Positions 1 through 13,200 of a stretch of 64,000 bases of DNA are shown here, in pieces; within the stretch, counting starts at the first letter, position 1; each line of letters begins with the position of its first letter. Origin of the DNA: Nymphaea colorata (Eukaryota); assembly GCF_008831285.2 (NCBI RefSeq), contig NC_045138.2, positions 18,972,001-19,036,000 on the forward strand, written 5' to 3'. Below the pieces are notes generated by a model that ran no database searches, was not told the DNA's origin, and saw only the letters and a program-made list of their open reading frames with translations. A program made the position numbers and the translations under genes.

Positions 1-2120
1 AAAAACTTTAAGATGCTTTATAGAAACTTTTCTGTTGAAAAGAAGTTCTATAGGAACTTGATTTTCAATACTGGAACTTGGTGCTCTGTTGATAATATAA
101 CAGGCCGTAGCAATTGCATCATTCCAAAAACGAAAAGGAACATGCATGTGAGTCATAAGAGATCGAGCAACATTCAGTAATTGTCTATTCTTTCGTTCTG
201 CCACTCCATTTTGTTGTAGAGTACCTACACAAGAATATTGAGGTTGTATTCCTTCCCCTTTTAAAAAGGTTTCAAGAGCATCATTCACATATTCTCCACC
301 ATTGTCAGAGCGAAGTTTTTTTATCTTTACTCCATATTGAGTATGTACCATCTTGAAAAATTCTTTGAAAGCACTAAAAACTTCACTCTTATACTTAAGA
401 AAGAACAACCATGTCATGCGTGTCTTGTCATCAATAAAAGAAACATAATATCTAAATCCAGAATATGACACTTCTGGGGCTGGTCCCCAAACATCGGAAT
501 GAACTAAATCAAAGATGTCATTTGATTTTTCAGTAGAAGACTGAAAAGGTAATCTTGTGGATTTAGAAAATTCACAAGCATCACATGATTTATTTTCAAC
601 TGTAAGATTTGGAATAAGACGAGTTAAACTTTGATTAGAGATGTGACCAAGTCTGGCGTGCCAGGTCCAGTAGTGAGAACGTCGATCTTGCTGATCATTC
701 ACAATGAGGTTGCAACAATTTTCGTCCATCACGTATAGCCCATTCTGCTCATGCCCTCTACCAATCTCCTGGTTCGTCACACAATCCTGAAATATCACAT
801 CCTTTGAGGAAAAAACAACCAAACAGTTATGAGACTTGGTTAATTTGCTTACCGACATGAGATTAGCTGACAGTTTGAGAATATATAAAACTTGAGATTT
901 CTGCCCTTTCTTAAAGAATGTAGTTTCACCATATCCTTCAGCAATAATGGGTGATCCATCGGCTGTAAAAACTGATCTTTGTTTTGTTTTGTCAAGATTA
1001 ATAATTTTTCTTAAGTCGCTAGACATATGATCGGTAGCCCCTGTGTCAATAACCCATGCAGAACGATTTAAAGTAGCAGTCAAAGCAAAGTTGTTACCTT
1101 CTGAATTGCTGATAGGCTGAGATGATACTAGATTGGTCTTTGCAAACTTTTGAAAAAATTTCTCAAGGTCGTCCTTGGTGACAAAGTTCGCTAAATCAGA
1201 ATTGGTGGAATACGCCGGTTTTGTGGAGGAGGTAGCTTTGTCTCTTGTTGGTCTTCCGACTAGCTCCCAACATCTTTCACGAGTATGACCAGTCCGCTTG
1301 CAGTGGGTACATCTAAATTTATTTCTCCCTTTCTGATAGCTGAAGTTAGCATTGGAGGGTTTGTTGGCATTCGAAAGTTTTTGATCCCCTTTGACAAAAT
1401 CGGCCTGAGCGACGCATGCCGTTTGTTCACGGCTTTCTTCAGAAATTTCAATTTTGGAATTCATAACTTGCCTTCGTGCAGCCTCCCTTTGTATCATTTG
1501 ACAAACATTGTTGAAGTTGGGCAGCGGAGTGGTATTGAGGATTTGACTCCTAATACCTTCATAATCGGCTCCTAAACCTGCCAAAAATTTGAAGATTTTG
1601 TCTTCCTCAAACCGGGTTTTGTATGTGTCAAGATCAGTCGTAGCAGGCCTATATTGCAGAAGTTCATCAAATCGGCTTTTGAGTTCTCCTATGTAGAGAT
1701 TCAGTGATTTGTCACCCTTCATAAGATTGGCAATCTCGACCTGAATTTGATAGACTCGTGCGAGGTTATTCTGTTTGAAAAAAGTTGTTTTAACTCATCC
1801 CAAATTTCCTTTGCAGTTTCTTGATACATAAATAGATTTGAAATAGAGGGTTCCATGGAGTTAATAAGCCACGACATCACCATATCATTTTCAGATTGCC
1901 AATCATCAAATTTAGGATCTGATCTATTAGGAGGACTGATCTTCCCATTTATGTATCCAACCTTGGATCGACCGCTTAAAAATAGTCGAGCTGCCTTAGC
2001 CCAACTTAAGTAGTTGGTGCCATTCAATAGCATATTGGTGATTTTCAGAGGTTGGCTGCTTTGCTCGTTGCTATTGAGATGTCTAAAACTTTCTGTAGTT
2101 TCTTGCTGGTTATTTGCCAT
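1..2120 (-). pseudogene. Copia gag-pol polyprotein (partial), one frameshift near 1775
   Basis: ATG at 2120. Gag motifs LNGTNYLSW and SWLINSME. After a frame change at ~1775: CTHCKRTGHTRERC zinc knuckle (~1270-1312), WVIDTGATDHM protease (~1025-1060), WHARLGH (~645-665), DLVHSDVWGP (~480-510), LRSDNGGEY (~289-315), QQNGVAERKNR (~185-215). Confidence 0.93.
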
Positions 2121-2538
2121 TGAATAAGAGAATACCAGACAATTCACAAAATAACAGAATATAGCAAGGAAGCTAGTGAAAGATGCTACTCAAAGCTGCT
2201 ACTCGATCATTCAAAAACTCGTTTCAGAATGTGCATAATCAATCATGCTCTCAAGGAACAGGGGAGAGGAGGATGTCACCCGATAACGAAGAACCTCAAT
2301 AATGGATTCAGAAAACCTTGATCGACCTCAATAATGGATTCAGAAAACCTTGATCGCCAATGAAGACCTTTTGATTCTTTTTCCTGGTCCTCAACCACAG
2401 CTCCCGACAACCAAATTAACTCAAAAGTAGAGAGACGACAAAAAATTTGAGAGTGCCCTTGCATCCCAATTCGTGAATAGAAATTGGGGAAAGGGAAGAG
2501 TAGTTGCAGACAGTTTTTCCAGCGAGAGACATCTCTTC

Positions 2539-2886
2539 AAAAAATCATAACTCCTCAATGGCTGCTTCTAAAAATCTGAAAATTGGTAGGGACGTTCCTC
2601 AGAGGTAGACTATTCTAAGGAGCCCTTGTTCGACCCCTGACGTCGCTGGAGCTGACAACGCCGGTCAGTTTTGCAGCAGGCTTCCTGACGGTTTGGGAAA
2701 AACAGAGGAGCAGCAGCAACAGGTGTTTCTTAAAAAAATCATAACTCCTTAATGGCTGTGTCAAAAAATCTGAAAATTGGTAGGAACGTTCCTCAGAAGT
2801 AGATGATTCGAAGGAGTCCTTGCTCGACCTTTGACGTCGCCGGAGTAGACAACGCCGGCCAATTTTCTGGCAGGTTTCCTGACGGT
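2539..2886. repeat. Two ~150-bp imperfect direct repeats (period ~194 bp) in the copia 5' leader
   Basis: aaaaaatcataactcc...aaaatctgaaaattggtagg..cgttcctcaga...cctgacggt occurs at ~2539-2692 and ~2733-2886. A 32-bp tandem duplication also lies at ~2293-2356. Confidence 0.85.
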
Positions 2887-2997
2887 CGGCACTCTGTTCT
2901 GCTACTCCTTCAAACAGCAAGTATCTCCTTGTCAAAAAACAGCTCACAGCCTGTCTCCAAGATTGTCGAAGAAATATGCAGCGGCTTTATATAACCC

Positions 2998-3009
2998 GCT
3001 CTGATACCA
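2998..3009 (-). other. Primer binding site (initiator tRNA-Met)
   Basis: Minus strand TGGTATCAGAGC directly abuts the CA end of the LTR. Confidence 0.95.
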
Positions 3010-3331
3010 TGATAAAAAACATAAGGTAGAAGCAACAATAGAAACAGGAACAACAGATTTACGTGGTTCGGCACTCTCGCCTACGTCCACGGAGGAAGAA
3101 GAAGACTGCTATTTTATTTTTCTTTCCATTGTTACAATCCAAGAGAGAAAGAGGGTTTTTATACATGATGAGTGAGACGATAACCAAGAAAGCGGTTATC
3201 GAATCTTTTTCAAAATATAGAGAAGATTTCTTTCCTTCTCTCTTGATTATCCACAATCACATTGTAACAGCAGAATATAGTTGATTTGGTGTATTGGGCA
3301 ACACCAATCTTCTTCCACAAATCTCGCAACA
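3010..3331 (-). repeat. 5' LTR of the copia element (322 bp)
   Basis: TG...CA termini. Bounded by the PBS on one side and by resumption of GNAT coding sequence (cgatcaggg...) at 3332 on the other. Confidence 0.9.
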
Positions 3332-3456
3332 CGATCAGGGTATTGGAGAAATGTGGATTTCTCAGGGAGGGTATCCTCAGAAGGTACGTGGTTGCAAAGG
3401 GCAGGCTCTTGGATTTGGTCATGTTCAGTGTTCTCTCTGAAGAAATTCAACCATGA
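3332..3456 (+). pseudogene. GNAT acetyltransferase copy 1, 3' fragment (gene disrupted by copia insertion)
   Basis: Encodes IRVLEKCGFLREGILRRYVVAKGRLLDLVMFSVLSEEIQP*, nearly identical to the end of copy 4. The 5' part should lie beyond the other end of the retroelement. Confidence 0.92.
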
Positions 3457-4249
3457 CCAACCTCACATAAACTTCCAGAATTTAATCTTGGTTCCCACAC
3501 CATTATGGGCAACCCTGCTTGTTGCGGGACCTGAATGGCCTTTTGTTTTTTCTTGTTTCCTTTTTAGAGCAACCGACAATGTATGACATGCCTCGTTCTG
3601 GTTGTTTTTCTGTGTAAAATAATCTGTTAATTCACATTTGTGGCATAGACACTGTAAGTTTCTTTGATGCTTTCTACCAGTGCAGGTAACCACTTAACTC
3701 TCTGGATCTTTCATGAGCTAACCAAATCTTCTTGGCGGCCATTTGTACTAAAGAGAAGTTTGTAGAATGAGAAGCCCATGAGCTTTGCCTTCCCAGTTCT
3801 TTTTTCATCTATTAAAAGGAAGACTACAAATGCCCATGTCAAGGCGTGGTAGGAGAGGATCTAGCTGGGCAGTAGGATGAACTTCTACTCACCCAAAGGA
3901 GGAGATTTTTTATTATAGATTTTGCTACGTTGTACGTTTTTTCATCGATGACAGCCATAATCTACATACTTGTGTGATTTCCAGCTTATCTTTAGATTTT
4001 AACAGAAGTCATATCGTTTTTCAAGTCCACAATTGGTCTCAAATCAAAGTTAAACTGTTATTTGGCTGAAAATAGTTTTGGAGGCTGGAAATCCGGCGGC
4101 CTTCCTGGAGTATTTCATTGCAGAGCATCTTGCTTTCTTGATATTAATTTGGTGGCAACTGGCAAGATTAGGGTAAGAAGATGCTTCCCATATTGAATTC
4201 TCATCTGTGTCAAACTTGGCTTCCAACGCAACTAGCCACTTCGTCCACA

Positions 4250-4570
4250 CCACATTGATAATATTACTGATTCCAAGTTGCTCCACTTGAAAATTGAAAG
4301 GGCGTCTGCAGCATTTAACGGTGTGGAAACTAGGTCTTATAGGAAACATGGCAAGTATAAAGTGGCTCCCATTATGCCTTTCAACCTCACCCTTACCTTC
4401 AATCGCTTTAATTACCAAGTTGGGATCTTCTTCTTGAGTAGACGGGAAAGAATGAACTTCACAAATTTGGGAATCCATGTTGATTTGACGATCCAAATTC
4501 CACATGGGTGTCTTTATCTCAACTTCTCATAGAGGCAACATGGATCATGGAGAATTTGTTTAATCGATTT
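4250..4570 (-). mobile_element. Degenerate LINE ORF2 C-terminal (zf-RVT-like) remnant, duplicated with the array (also ~15050-15240 and ~18780-19090)
   Basis: Minus-strand translation LYEKLR*RHPCGIWIVKSTWIPKFVKFILSRLLKKKIPTW resembles the zf-RVT pattern Y..L......IW...IP..VKFF.WRL...IPT. Contains stops. Confidence 0.5.
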
Positions 4571-7500
4571 TCTCTGATCAAGTGCTTAGATATTGGACAT
4601 GGAGAAATTTAGTTTCCCCCTTAATTTTTCAAGTTTTCTTACCATATCTCGCTATAGTTAAATATACAGTCAGGTCGTATGCGTAAGGCAGAATATATAA
4701 GAGTAAATTAAAATTTAAGAGTGATTTTAATTTGTTCAACCCTTGTAGAAAATTTTTGGAACACTGTTCGGTCTCCCCAACTAAAAATTTCTGGTTCCGT
4801 CCTCGTACAAATTCGTGAAGCTGCTACAGAACACCCCATGGAGTTAAGGTTTGACAAGTGAAATTGACAAAAAATAACAAATAAAAAGCAAGAAACTCGT
4901 ATATTAGGATGAGTACTCAAGGTGGTTGGTGCAACTGCTTGAGATGGAGACGGTAGGTGACCGGTCTTCATTTCAAGTGTCAACATCCTGTGCTTCAAAA
5001 GGAAAGGTCACCAATGCGCAGCAGGGACAACACCTCAAGGAGACGGGAGATTGGGTGAGAACTTCAGCTCTCCATCAGGCCTCAATCTAGGATCCGTGTG
5101 TATTGGTAATGATTACAGTTAACTATGGATCCTCACAATTTTTAATGTTAAGTATGGTTGGAAAAAACAAATTGACAACATGTTGGTCCGTTGGAGCCAC
5201 TTCAGAATATGATTTGGTAGATGACAGGAACTGTTTTTGCATTGGATTCTGGATCTGCGTCGGTTCACATCGAATTTGGTTTGCTAGTTCATGACTTGAT
5301 ATTGGACACCTGGATTCATTTGCTAGTTCATGACTTGATATTGTACACTTGGATTCACCCTTGCCTCCAAGTAGACTCTTGAACAGTTGAAGTATGTCCA
5401 GTTAAGAGCAAATTAGCAACTGCAACCAAGTTAATCACAAATCAAACAGACCAAATTATCCGCATAATGTTGGTATCTAACGTACGAACTGCTGTGAAAG
5501 TCTCCTCTTGCTAGTTAATTGCCATTTCATACATGCATAGATTGCCGAGAGCCTCCACTACACATGCACAAGCACATGCATGCAGACATTAACATGCGTG
5601 CTTATAAGCTCACATTTTCGCATTTCAATGCACACAAAAGATTAAAACAATACAATTTTTTTTAATGAAAATAAGAGCAATTATGCCTTTTCATTCTTGA
5701 ATTGCAAAATTCACGATGTAATGTGAACTTCATTTTTCAGATTTGAAGAAGCTCATGATCTCACAAATTTTCGGCGCCTTGCAAGCATTTTTCTTACTTG
5801 ACAGTAGATCATAAGCTATCCCAAGGCCTTTCTGAGTTCCAAGGATGCTTTTCTTTAATAGACTTCGCAGTAGATCATAATCTACACAGTCATACATGGC
5901 TGCGTTCTACAGAACGGAAAATGTTGCATCTCAAAAATGCATAACCAGAACAGACAGCAGTCAGCGGAGGTAAAAACCTTCACTCGTGTGTTTATGAAAC
6001 AAGAACTTCTTGGCAACCCTCTCTAAACAGAAAACGAAAAACTGAACATCTAAAAATTAAGAAATTATCTATCAGAATAAAGCTTTACCACCATTTACAC
6101 CTCTAATGCATGTCATCCACTTGTTTTTGCACCATATACATGTACTAGAAGAATGTGTTAGCACCATTTACACCTATAATATAAATTTTCAAATTGTCTT
6201 TGGATGACATACTGTGTACTTCAGAGCTTTATGCGCGTCACTCTCCTGGCCAGAAATTTCAGCATTTCATGTGTGCCACCTTTTCTTTTCCTTCTCTTCC
6301 TTGTGTTTAGTGGACTTGAGATTATAAGCATCTCCTCTCCTTTACACATACAATTGTTACTTCAAAACATTGGATGCCATTAGGTTACAGTTTCTGCTCC
6401 CGTAAGGCTCCATGAAATCCCATTAAAGCCACTGAAACTTTTATATGGCAGTACAAGTCACAGGCTAACATCAACATCTCATGGGAAACACCCAATGGAA
6501 AAGAAGATGGCATCTACAAAGTGAGGGCCCCATGTGAAATATTTGATAACTAATGATCTTTCTTGAGTAATTGATGAGTGACGAAGCTTTGCATGCATGT
6601 AAAGAACCAAAAAATAACAACATGAGCACATAAAAAAGAAGTAGAAAAGAAAAGCACTATCTACTTAATTATCTACTATCATGGATCTTCAAAATAAGAA
6701 AGCCATTTCCACTACTAGGTAGACTCTAGAAAGTAAACAGACAAACTTTAACAAGACGCAGGACCAATCAAAGCAAATATTGTACCCATGGCCTAAGAAC
6801 AGTTGACATGAATTTTCCTTTTCATAGATTTAAAAAGTGGACATAAACTTAGCTTTTCTTTCATAGAAACAAGAAAGTGGATAAATATTTACCCTTTTTT
6901 CACCCATGGCATCTTACACTGCATTTAAAACTTACCCATATCTTGTTGATCATTGGTAAGGTTTTGTCCAAACAACTACTTGCATAGGGTTTCCTACAAC
7001 GAACGCATTCATCATCTTCAGCCGATCAAGCCAATAGATGAGGACACCCAACTAAATACAAAGCCAACTTGAGGTCTGACACATGAGCAATTGAGTAATA
7101 TTCCATAATGGCAGACATCGACGCCAATGGAGCAACGGCCACCTGGAAATAAAGACGTAAAACTGCCTATGATTGTTTATCATTTTTATCACCAACCTAT
7201 TTGAAGTCAAAAGCATATATCGTTCAATACCAAGATGGTCATGCCTGTGGCTTCATGAGAATGTCTTTGTTTAAGAGTGCCCTTTAGTGTGTGTGTTGTA
7301 TTACTTCGATTTAACATCCATGGATCTTAGTACCTGACATGCTTTTGCTGATTTGATAAAAGATCCACGATAATATCCACTGCTTATCAAACTAAGGATG
7401 TCAACTTAAAATCCTTTTTTGCTATTTCTGAGTTGAGAAAAAGTGGTATTTAAGATTGGAGGAGAAAGGACTCCAGAGAGCTCTCAATCTCCCTCCATCT

Positions 7501-7616
7501 ATTTCGTGTTGGTGGTAGCACTGGGTGGTAGCTCCACTACCCACTAAACCTTTGTTCCACCTTTGACTGCCATTAAATCTCTCGTTTTCTTTCTCTCTCT
7601 CGCTGTATCCAAGAGA

Positions 7617-8676
7617 ATGGCAGAGGAGGAAGGCACTGGAGAGCTCTCCATCTCCCTCCGCCCCTTCGAAATCGAGGACGCCGACGACGTCATGGCGTGG
7701 AAGGGAGACCCTCGAGTGGCGGCATTCTGCCGGTGGCACCCTTACACCTCCTGCGACGAGGCGGTTGCCTTCATCCAGGACTTCGCCATCCACCACGAGT
7801 GGTGTCGCGCCATCTGCGTCCCCGGCCGGCCGGTCGAATGCATCTCCGTCACGATAATGATCATGCCTGGTGCCGTGGGCTGCTCAAGTACGAGCTCGCC
7901 CACGGCTGCTGGGGGAAGATGTTGGAAAAAAACGAATTAATGGGTCTTAAATATAACTTAGATCCAAACCCGTATTTATGCATAAAAATTTTGACAGAGC
8001 CTCAGCGTCCAAAATAGTTTTGAATAATAATTTTGATAAAATAAACTTAATAACAACAACACTCACAAAATGAACTCACTTAGCAAATTTTCAATAATAA
8101 CAACAACACTCACAAAATGAACTCACTTAGCAAAATGAACTCACTTACTTATGTAATGAGCTACCCCACTTACAAAGAAAAGAACCTTGATGTACCCGTA
8201 TCACTCAATAACCTCACAAAGTGAGCACGCACTCAACACAAGCCACTCAAGACACTTCTTTTTCACACACCACTTATTATGCCATTCATCTAGGGAGGGC
8301 CGATTTCTACATTTTTATTTTATATATATATTTTTTTAATCGTTACACAACCACCGACTTTAAAAGCACCGGCTTTACAAATGAGAGGCTCAAAGCCTCT
8401 TGCGTCTTCTCGACCCTTCCCAAGAGTCTGTGATGACTCTCTACAGAAGGGCGTGGCCACCTCCGCTGTGAGGCTGGCTGTTCCGGCTGTCTTTCGGGAA
8501 TTTTCGGGTATGGAGCGTGTCGAGGCGATGGTCATCCCGGAAGATAAGCGACCGATCAGGGTATTGGAGAAATGTGGATTTCTCAGGGAGGGGATCCTCA
8601 GAAAGTACGTGGTTGGAAAGGACAGGCTCTTGGATTTGGTCATGTTTAGTGTTCTTTCTAAGAAATTCAACCATGA
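7617..8676 (+). pseudogene. GNAT acetyltransferase copy 2, pseudogene
   Basis: MAEEEGTGELSISLRPF start. Relative to copy 4 it has a 4-bp deletion at ~7855 (acgat[cggt]aa), a 526-bp insertion inside the WGKG codons, and a 1-bp deletion near 8660. Confidence 0.95.
7920..8445. mobile_element. Solo LTR (526 bp) inserted in GNAT copy 2
   Basis: Begins TGTTGG and ends CTACA. 5-bp target-site duplication GAAGA (7915-7919) / GAAGG (8446-8450). Removing it restores GNAT collinearity. Sequence unrelated to the 3010-3331 LTR. Confidence 0.88.
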
Positions 8677-10205
8677 CCAACCTCACATAAACCTTCCGTA
8701 CTTGATCTTGTATCCCACAGCATTATGGGAAACCATGTACCTGAATCGCTTTCTTTTTTCTTTTTTCCGTTTTCTTTTTTAGACTAACTAACTGTGTTTG
8801 ACATGCATGGTTCTAGTTGTTTTTCTGTGTAAAATAATCTGTTAATTCACATATTGTGGCATATACACTTTAAGTTTCTTTAAAGCTTTCCACCAGTGCA
8901 GGTAATCACTTAACTCTCTGGATCTTTCATGAGCTTATCAAATCTTCTTGGCTGTCATGTGTATTCAAGAGAAATTTGTAGAATGAGAAGCCCATGAGGT
9001 CTTCCTTCCCAGTTCTTTTTTCATCTATTATTCAGTATTTTAGATTATGATTCTAAGTCAATAAAAGGGTAGAAGTAACCGATGGGGTGGGGTTAGTGGG
9101 CGGTCAGTATCCATTTTGAATTACTGATGTACTGTAAAAAGGTAAAAAGAAGACTAAAAAATGCCCATGTCGAAGCGTGGTAGGGGCTGCAACCGGTGAG
9201 GAGCTGGTTGGACAGTAGGATGAACCTCTACTCACCCAAGGGAGGAGATTTTGATTGTAGGTTTTTTGCTCCATTGTATGTTTTTTCATAGATGGCAGCC
9301 AGTAATCTAGATGCTAGTGAGAATTATCTTTAGATTTTTACAGAAGTCAAACCGTTTTTTTAAGTCCACAATTAATCTTAAATAAAAGTTAAAACTGTTA
9401 TTTGGCTGAACTTAACAGTTTCCGAGGCTGGCAATCCGGCGGCCTTCCTGGAGTATTTCATTCCAGATCATCTTGTTTTCTTGATATTAATTCGGTGGCA
9501 ACTGGCAAGATTAGGGTAAGAAGATGCTTCCCATATTGAATTCTCATCTAAGTGTCAAACTTGGCTTCCAACGCAACTAATCACTTCATCCTCCACATTG
9601 ATTATATTACTAATTCCAGGACATTTTTTATAAGTTTTTGAATGCTCTAACAATTATATATACTTCCCACCTTTGGTTGGTTCTTTTGGGATAGCTGAGA
9701 GGGAACCCCACGACCATTTGCTATCCCATTAAGAAGGCGCTTTCATTAGCGCTTTGAATTTTATTTGGCCTAAGGAAGCACTTCCCTGATCAAGTTTGAA
9801 ACTAGGGATGCCAACGGGCAATATTTGAATCGGACACATCCTTCGCTATATCCAATTTATCTATCTGGGCGTTTACATATTTATGTTTCAATTTGGATTC
9901 GAATGAGAAAAACATATATAATATATCTGAATACAACCTTTAAATTTGAATCCAAATTCAATATAAATCGGACTTTCAAATTCACATTTGAATTTGAATT
10001 GGACTTTTAACCCGATGCAATGGCATTATGTTATGTTACAAACTGTCATTCAAAACATATGGGCATTGGATATAGGGGGGTGGGCATCGGGCTGAGCTGG
10101 CGGGTCTCATTTTTACGTCTCAGCGTAGCTGTCCATATTGATGATTATTATCCGGTTAGAACCAGAATTTTAATCGGATTGGATGTCATCTCTTATATCT
10201 GTGCC

Positions 10206-10245
<40 letters not shown>

Positions 10246-13200
10246 CCGATGAACCATCATCGCAATTGGGAAGTTGTATGGGGGTTTGGTGATAGGAACA
10301 CTTCATGATTTGGAACACAATGTTTCGTGTTCGCATTGGTGGAGTCAAAGAGAGTCGGCAGGAGCCATGGATTTCCTTCGAATTTAAAAAACCAAAAAAA
10401 AAATTACTCTTATAATTTTAAAAATTTTAACTTGTCACCAGTAAAAATTTCAAAAAAATATTGTTCAACCCTTGTAGAAAATTTTTGAAACATTATTTGG
10501 TCTCTCCAACTAAAAGTTTCCGGTTCTGCCCCCACTTCGTACATATTTGCGAAGCTGCTACAGAACACCCCCATGGAGTTAAGGTTTGGAAAGTGAAATT
10601 AACAAAAAATAAAAAATAAAAAGCAAGAAACTCGAATATAAGGCAGAATATAATTTTCTACGTGCATGAAAGATCACTCTGTCTAGCAGTAATATTCCTA
10701 ACTTTAGGCTATAGGACACCAAAACATGTAGGTATTTAGTAAGAATCATCTTTCAAGGAATCTAACGAAGTTTAAATTTGTCTTTCATGTAAAAAAAAGG
10801 CATGATGTGCATATAAAATCAATTACACAGGTCATCTAATTGCTATTTGATAGATTTCACCAATTAATAACAACCCAATTTGGACTCAAAAGAATCAAGT
10901 TGAAGGTGGTCAAGATTTCAACACCAAGAGTCTATACCAGAGTTACCTGATTAAGCGCCTCATACTTAGAATGAAAAATCTGTTCCAACATGATTATGTC
11001 TCTTCCAAGAAAAATTCCCGGGCAGTTTGGCTGTTTAGAAATGTGAGGTATGGTTAAATTTTGTATTCATAACCAAATGGAAGACCTATCTCCATTTTAA
11101 GCTCCAGGAGTGTCAAATTTCTGCGTTGTAAATAATGGCACTGACATGCATATTGAAGTATTAGTGGGTAGGCCTGGGCATCAACCCGGCCCAACACTCC
11201 AAAATCGAGTTCCGGCCCGGCCCCATACCCGACATCCCGGTCATGGACCGGTTGAAATAGAAAAATATTTTATTTGAGAATATGATTTGGTGGATGACAA
11301 GATCTGTTCTTCCCTTGGATCGTGGATCTGCATCGGTTCACATCAGATTTGGTTTGCTAGTTCATGACTTGATATTGGACACTTGGATTCACCTTGCCAC
11401 CAAGTAGACTCTTGAACAATTGAAGTATGTCCAGTTAAGAGCAAATTAGCAATTCCAACGAAATTAATCACAAATCACACAGACCAAATTATCCGCATAA
11501 TGTTGGTGTCTAACGTATGAACTGCTGTGAAAGTCTCCAGCTAGTTAATTGCCATTTCATACATGCATAGATTGCCGAGAGATTCCTACACATGCACAAG
11601 CATATGCATGCAGACATGAACATGCGTGCTTATAAGCTCACATTTTCGCACTTCAATGCACACAAAAGATGAAAACGATTCAATTTTTTTTAATGAAAAT
11701 AAGAGCAATTATGCCTTTTCATTCTTGAATTTATAAATTCACGATATAATGTGAATTTCATTTTCCAGGTTTGAAAAAGGTCGTGATCTCACAAGATTTC
11801 CATGTCTTGCAAGTATTTTTCTTTCTTGACAGTCGATCATAATCTATCCCAAAACCTTTCTGACTTCCAAGGATATTTTTCTTTAATATACTTGGCATTG
11901 GATCATAGTCTACAAAGTTATCCATGGCTGCGTTCCACAGAACGGAAAATGTTGCATCTCAAAAATGCTTAAGCAGAGCAGACAGCAGTCAGCAGAGGTC
12001 AAGCATTTCACTTGTGTGTTTATGCAACAAAAACTTCTTGGCAAGCCACTATAAACAGAAAAGGAAAAACTGAACATCTAAAAATTAAGAAATTATCTAT
12101 AAGCTTTACCACCATTTACACCTCTAATGCATGCCATCCACCTGTTTTTTGCAACATATCTATAATATATATTTTCAATTTGTCTTTGAATCACATACAA
12201 TATACTTCAGAGCTTTATGCGCGTGTCAGTCTCCTGGGAAGAAATTACAGCATTTCATGTGTGCCACCTTTTCTTTTCCTTCTCTTCCCTGTGTTTGGTG
12301 AACTTGAGATTATAAGCATCTCCTCTCCTTGACACATACAATTGTTACTTAAGCAAACGTTGGATGCCATTAGATTAGAGTTTCTGCTCCCGCATGGCTC
12401 CATGGCATCCCATTAAAGCCACTGAAACTTTTATATGGCTGTACAAGTCACAGGTTAACATCAACGTCTCATGGGAAAGTCCCAGTGGAAAAGAAGATGG
12501 CATCTTCAAAGTAAGGCCCCCGTGTGAAATGTTGATAACTAATGATCTTTCTTGAGTAACTGATGAGTGACGAAGCTTTGCATGCATGTAAAGAACCAAA
12601 AAGTAACAAAGTGAGCACATAAAAAAGAAGAAGAAGAAAAGAAAAGCACTATCTACTTAATTATCTACTATCATAGATCTTCTAAATAAGAAAGCCATTT
12701 CCACTAGAGGTAGACTCTAGAGAGTAAACAGACAAAATTTAACAAGACGCTGGACCAATCAAAGCAAATATTGTTTCCATGGCCTAAGAACAGTTGACAT
12801 GAATTTGCCTTTTTCCTTCGTAGATTTAAAAAGTGGACAGAAACTTAGCTTTTCTTTCATAGAAATAAGAAAGCGGACAAACATTTACCCTTTTTTCACC
12901 ACTGGCATCTTACACTGCATTTAAAACTTACCCATATCTTGTTGATCATTGGTAAGGTTTTGTCCAAACGACTACTTGCAAAGGGTTTCCAACGACATCA
13001 TCTTCTCCCGATCAAGCCAATAGATGAGGACACCCAACTAAATACAAAGCCAACTTGAGGTCTGACACATGAGCAATTGAGTAATGTTCCATAATGGCAG
13101 ACATCGACTTCAATCGGGCAACGGGCACATGGAAATAAAGACGTAAAACTGCTAACTAAATTAGGGCAGATGTCAAGATCAAAAGAAAAGTGTTCAACAC

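Larger units (their letters stand above)
1..3331 (-). mobile_element. Ty1/copia LTR retrotransposon, 5' part (LTR, PBS, leader, gag-protease-integrase); continues beyond window start
   Basis: Minus-strand order is LTR (TGTTG...TATCA), tRNA-iMet PBS, gag, CCHC knuckle, protease, integrase. Integrase directly after protease, with no RT between them, is the copia arrangement. Confidence 0.97.
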
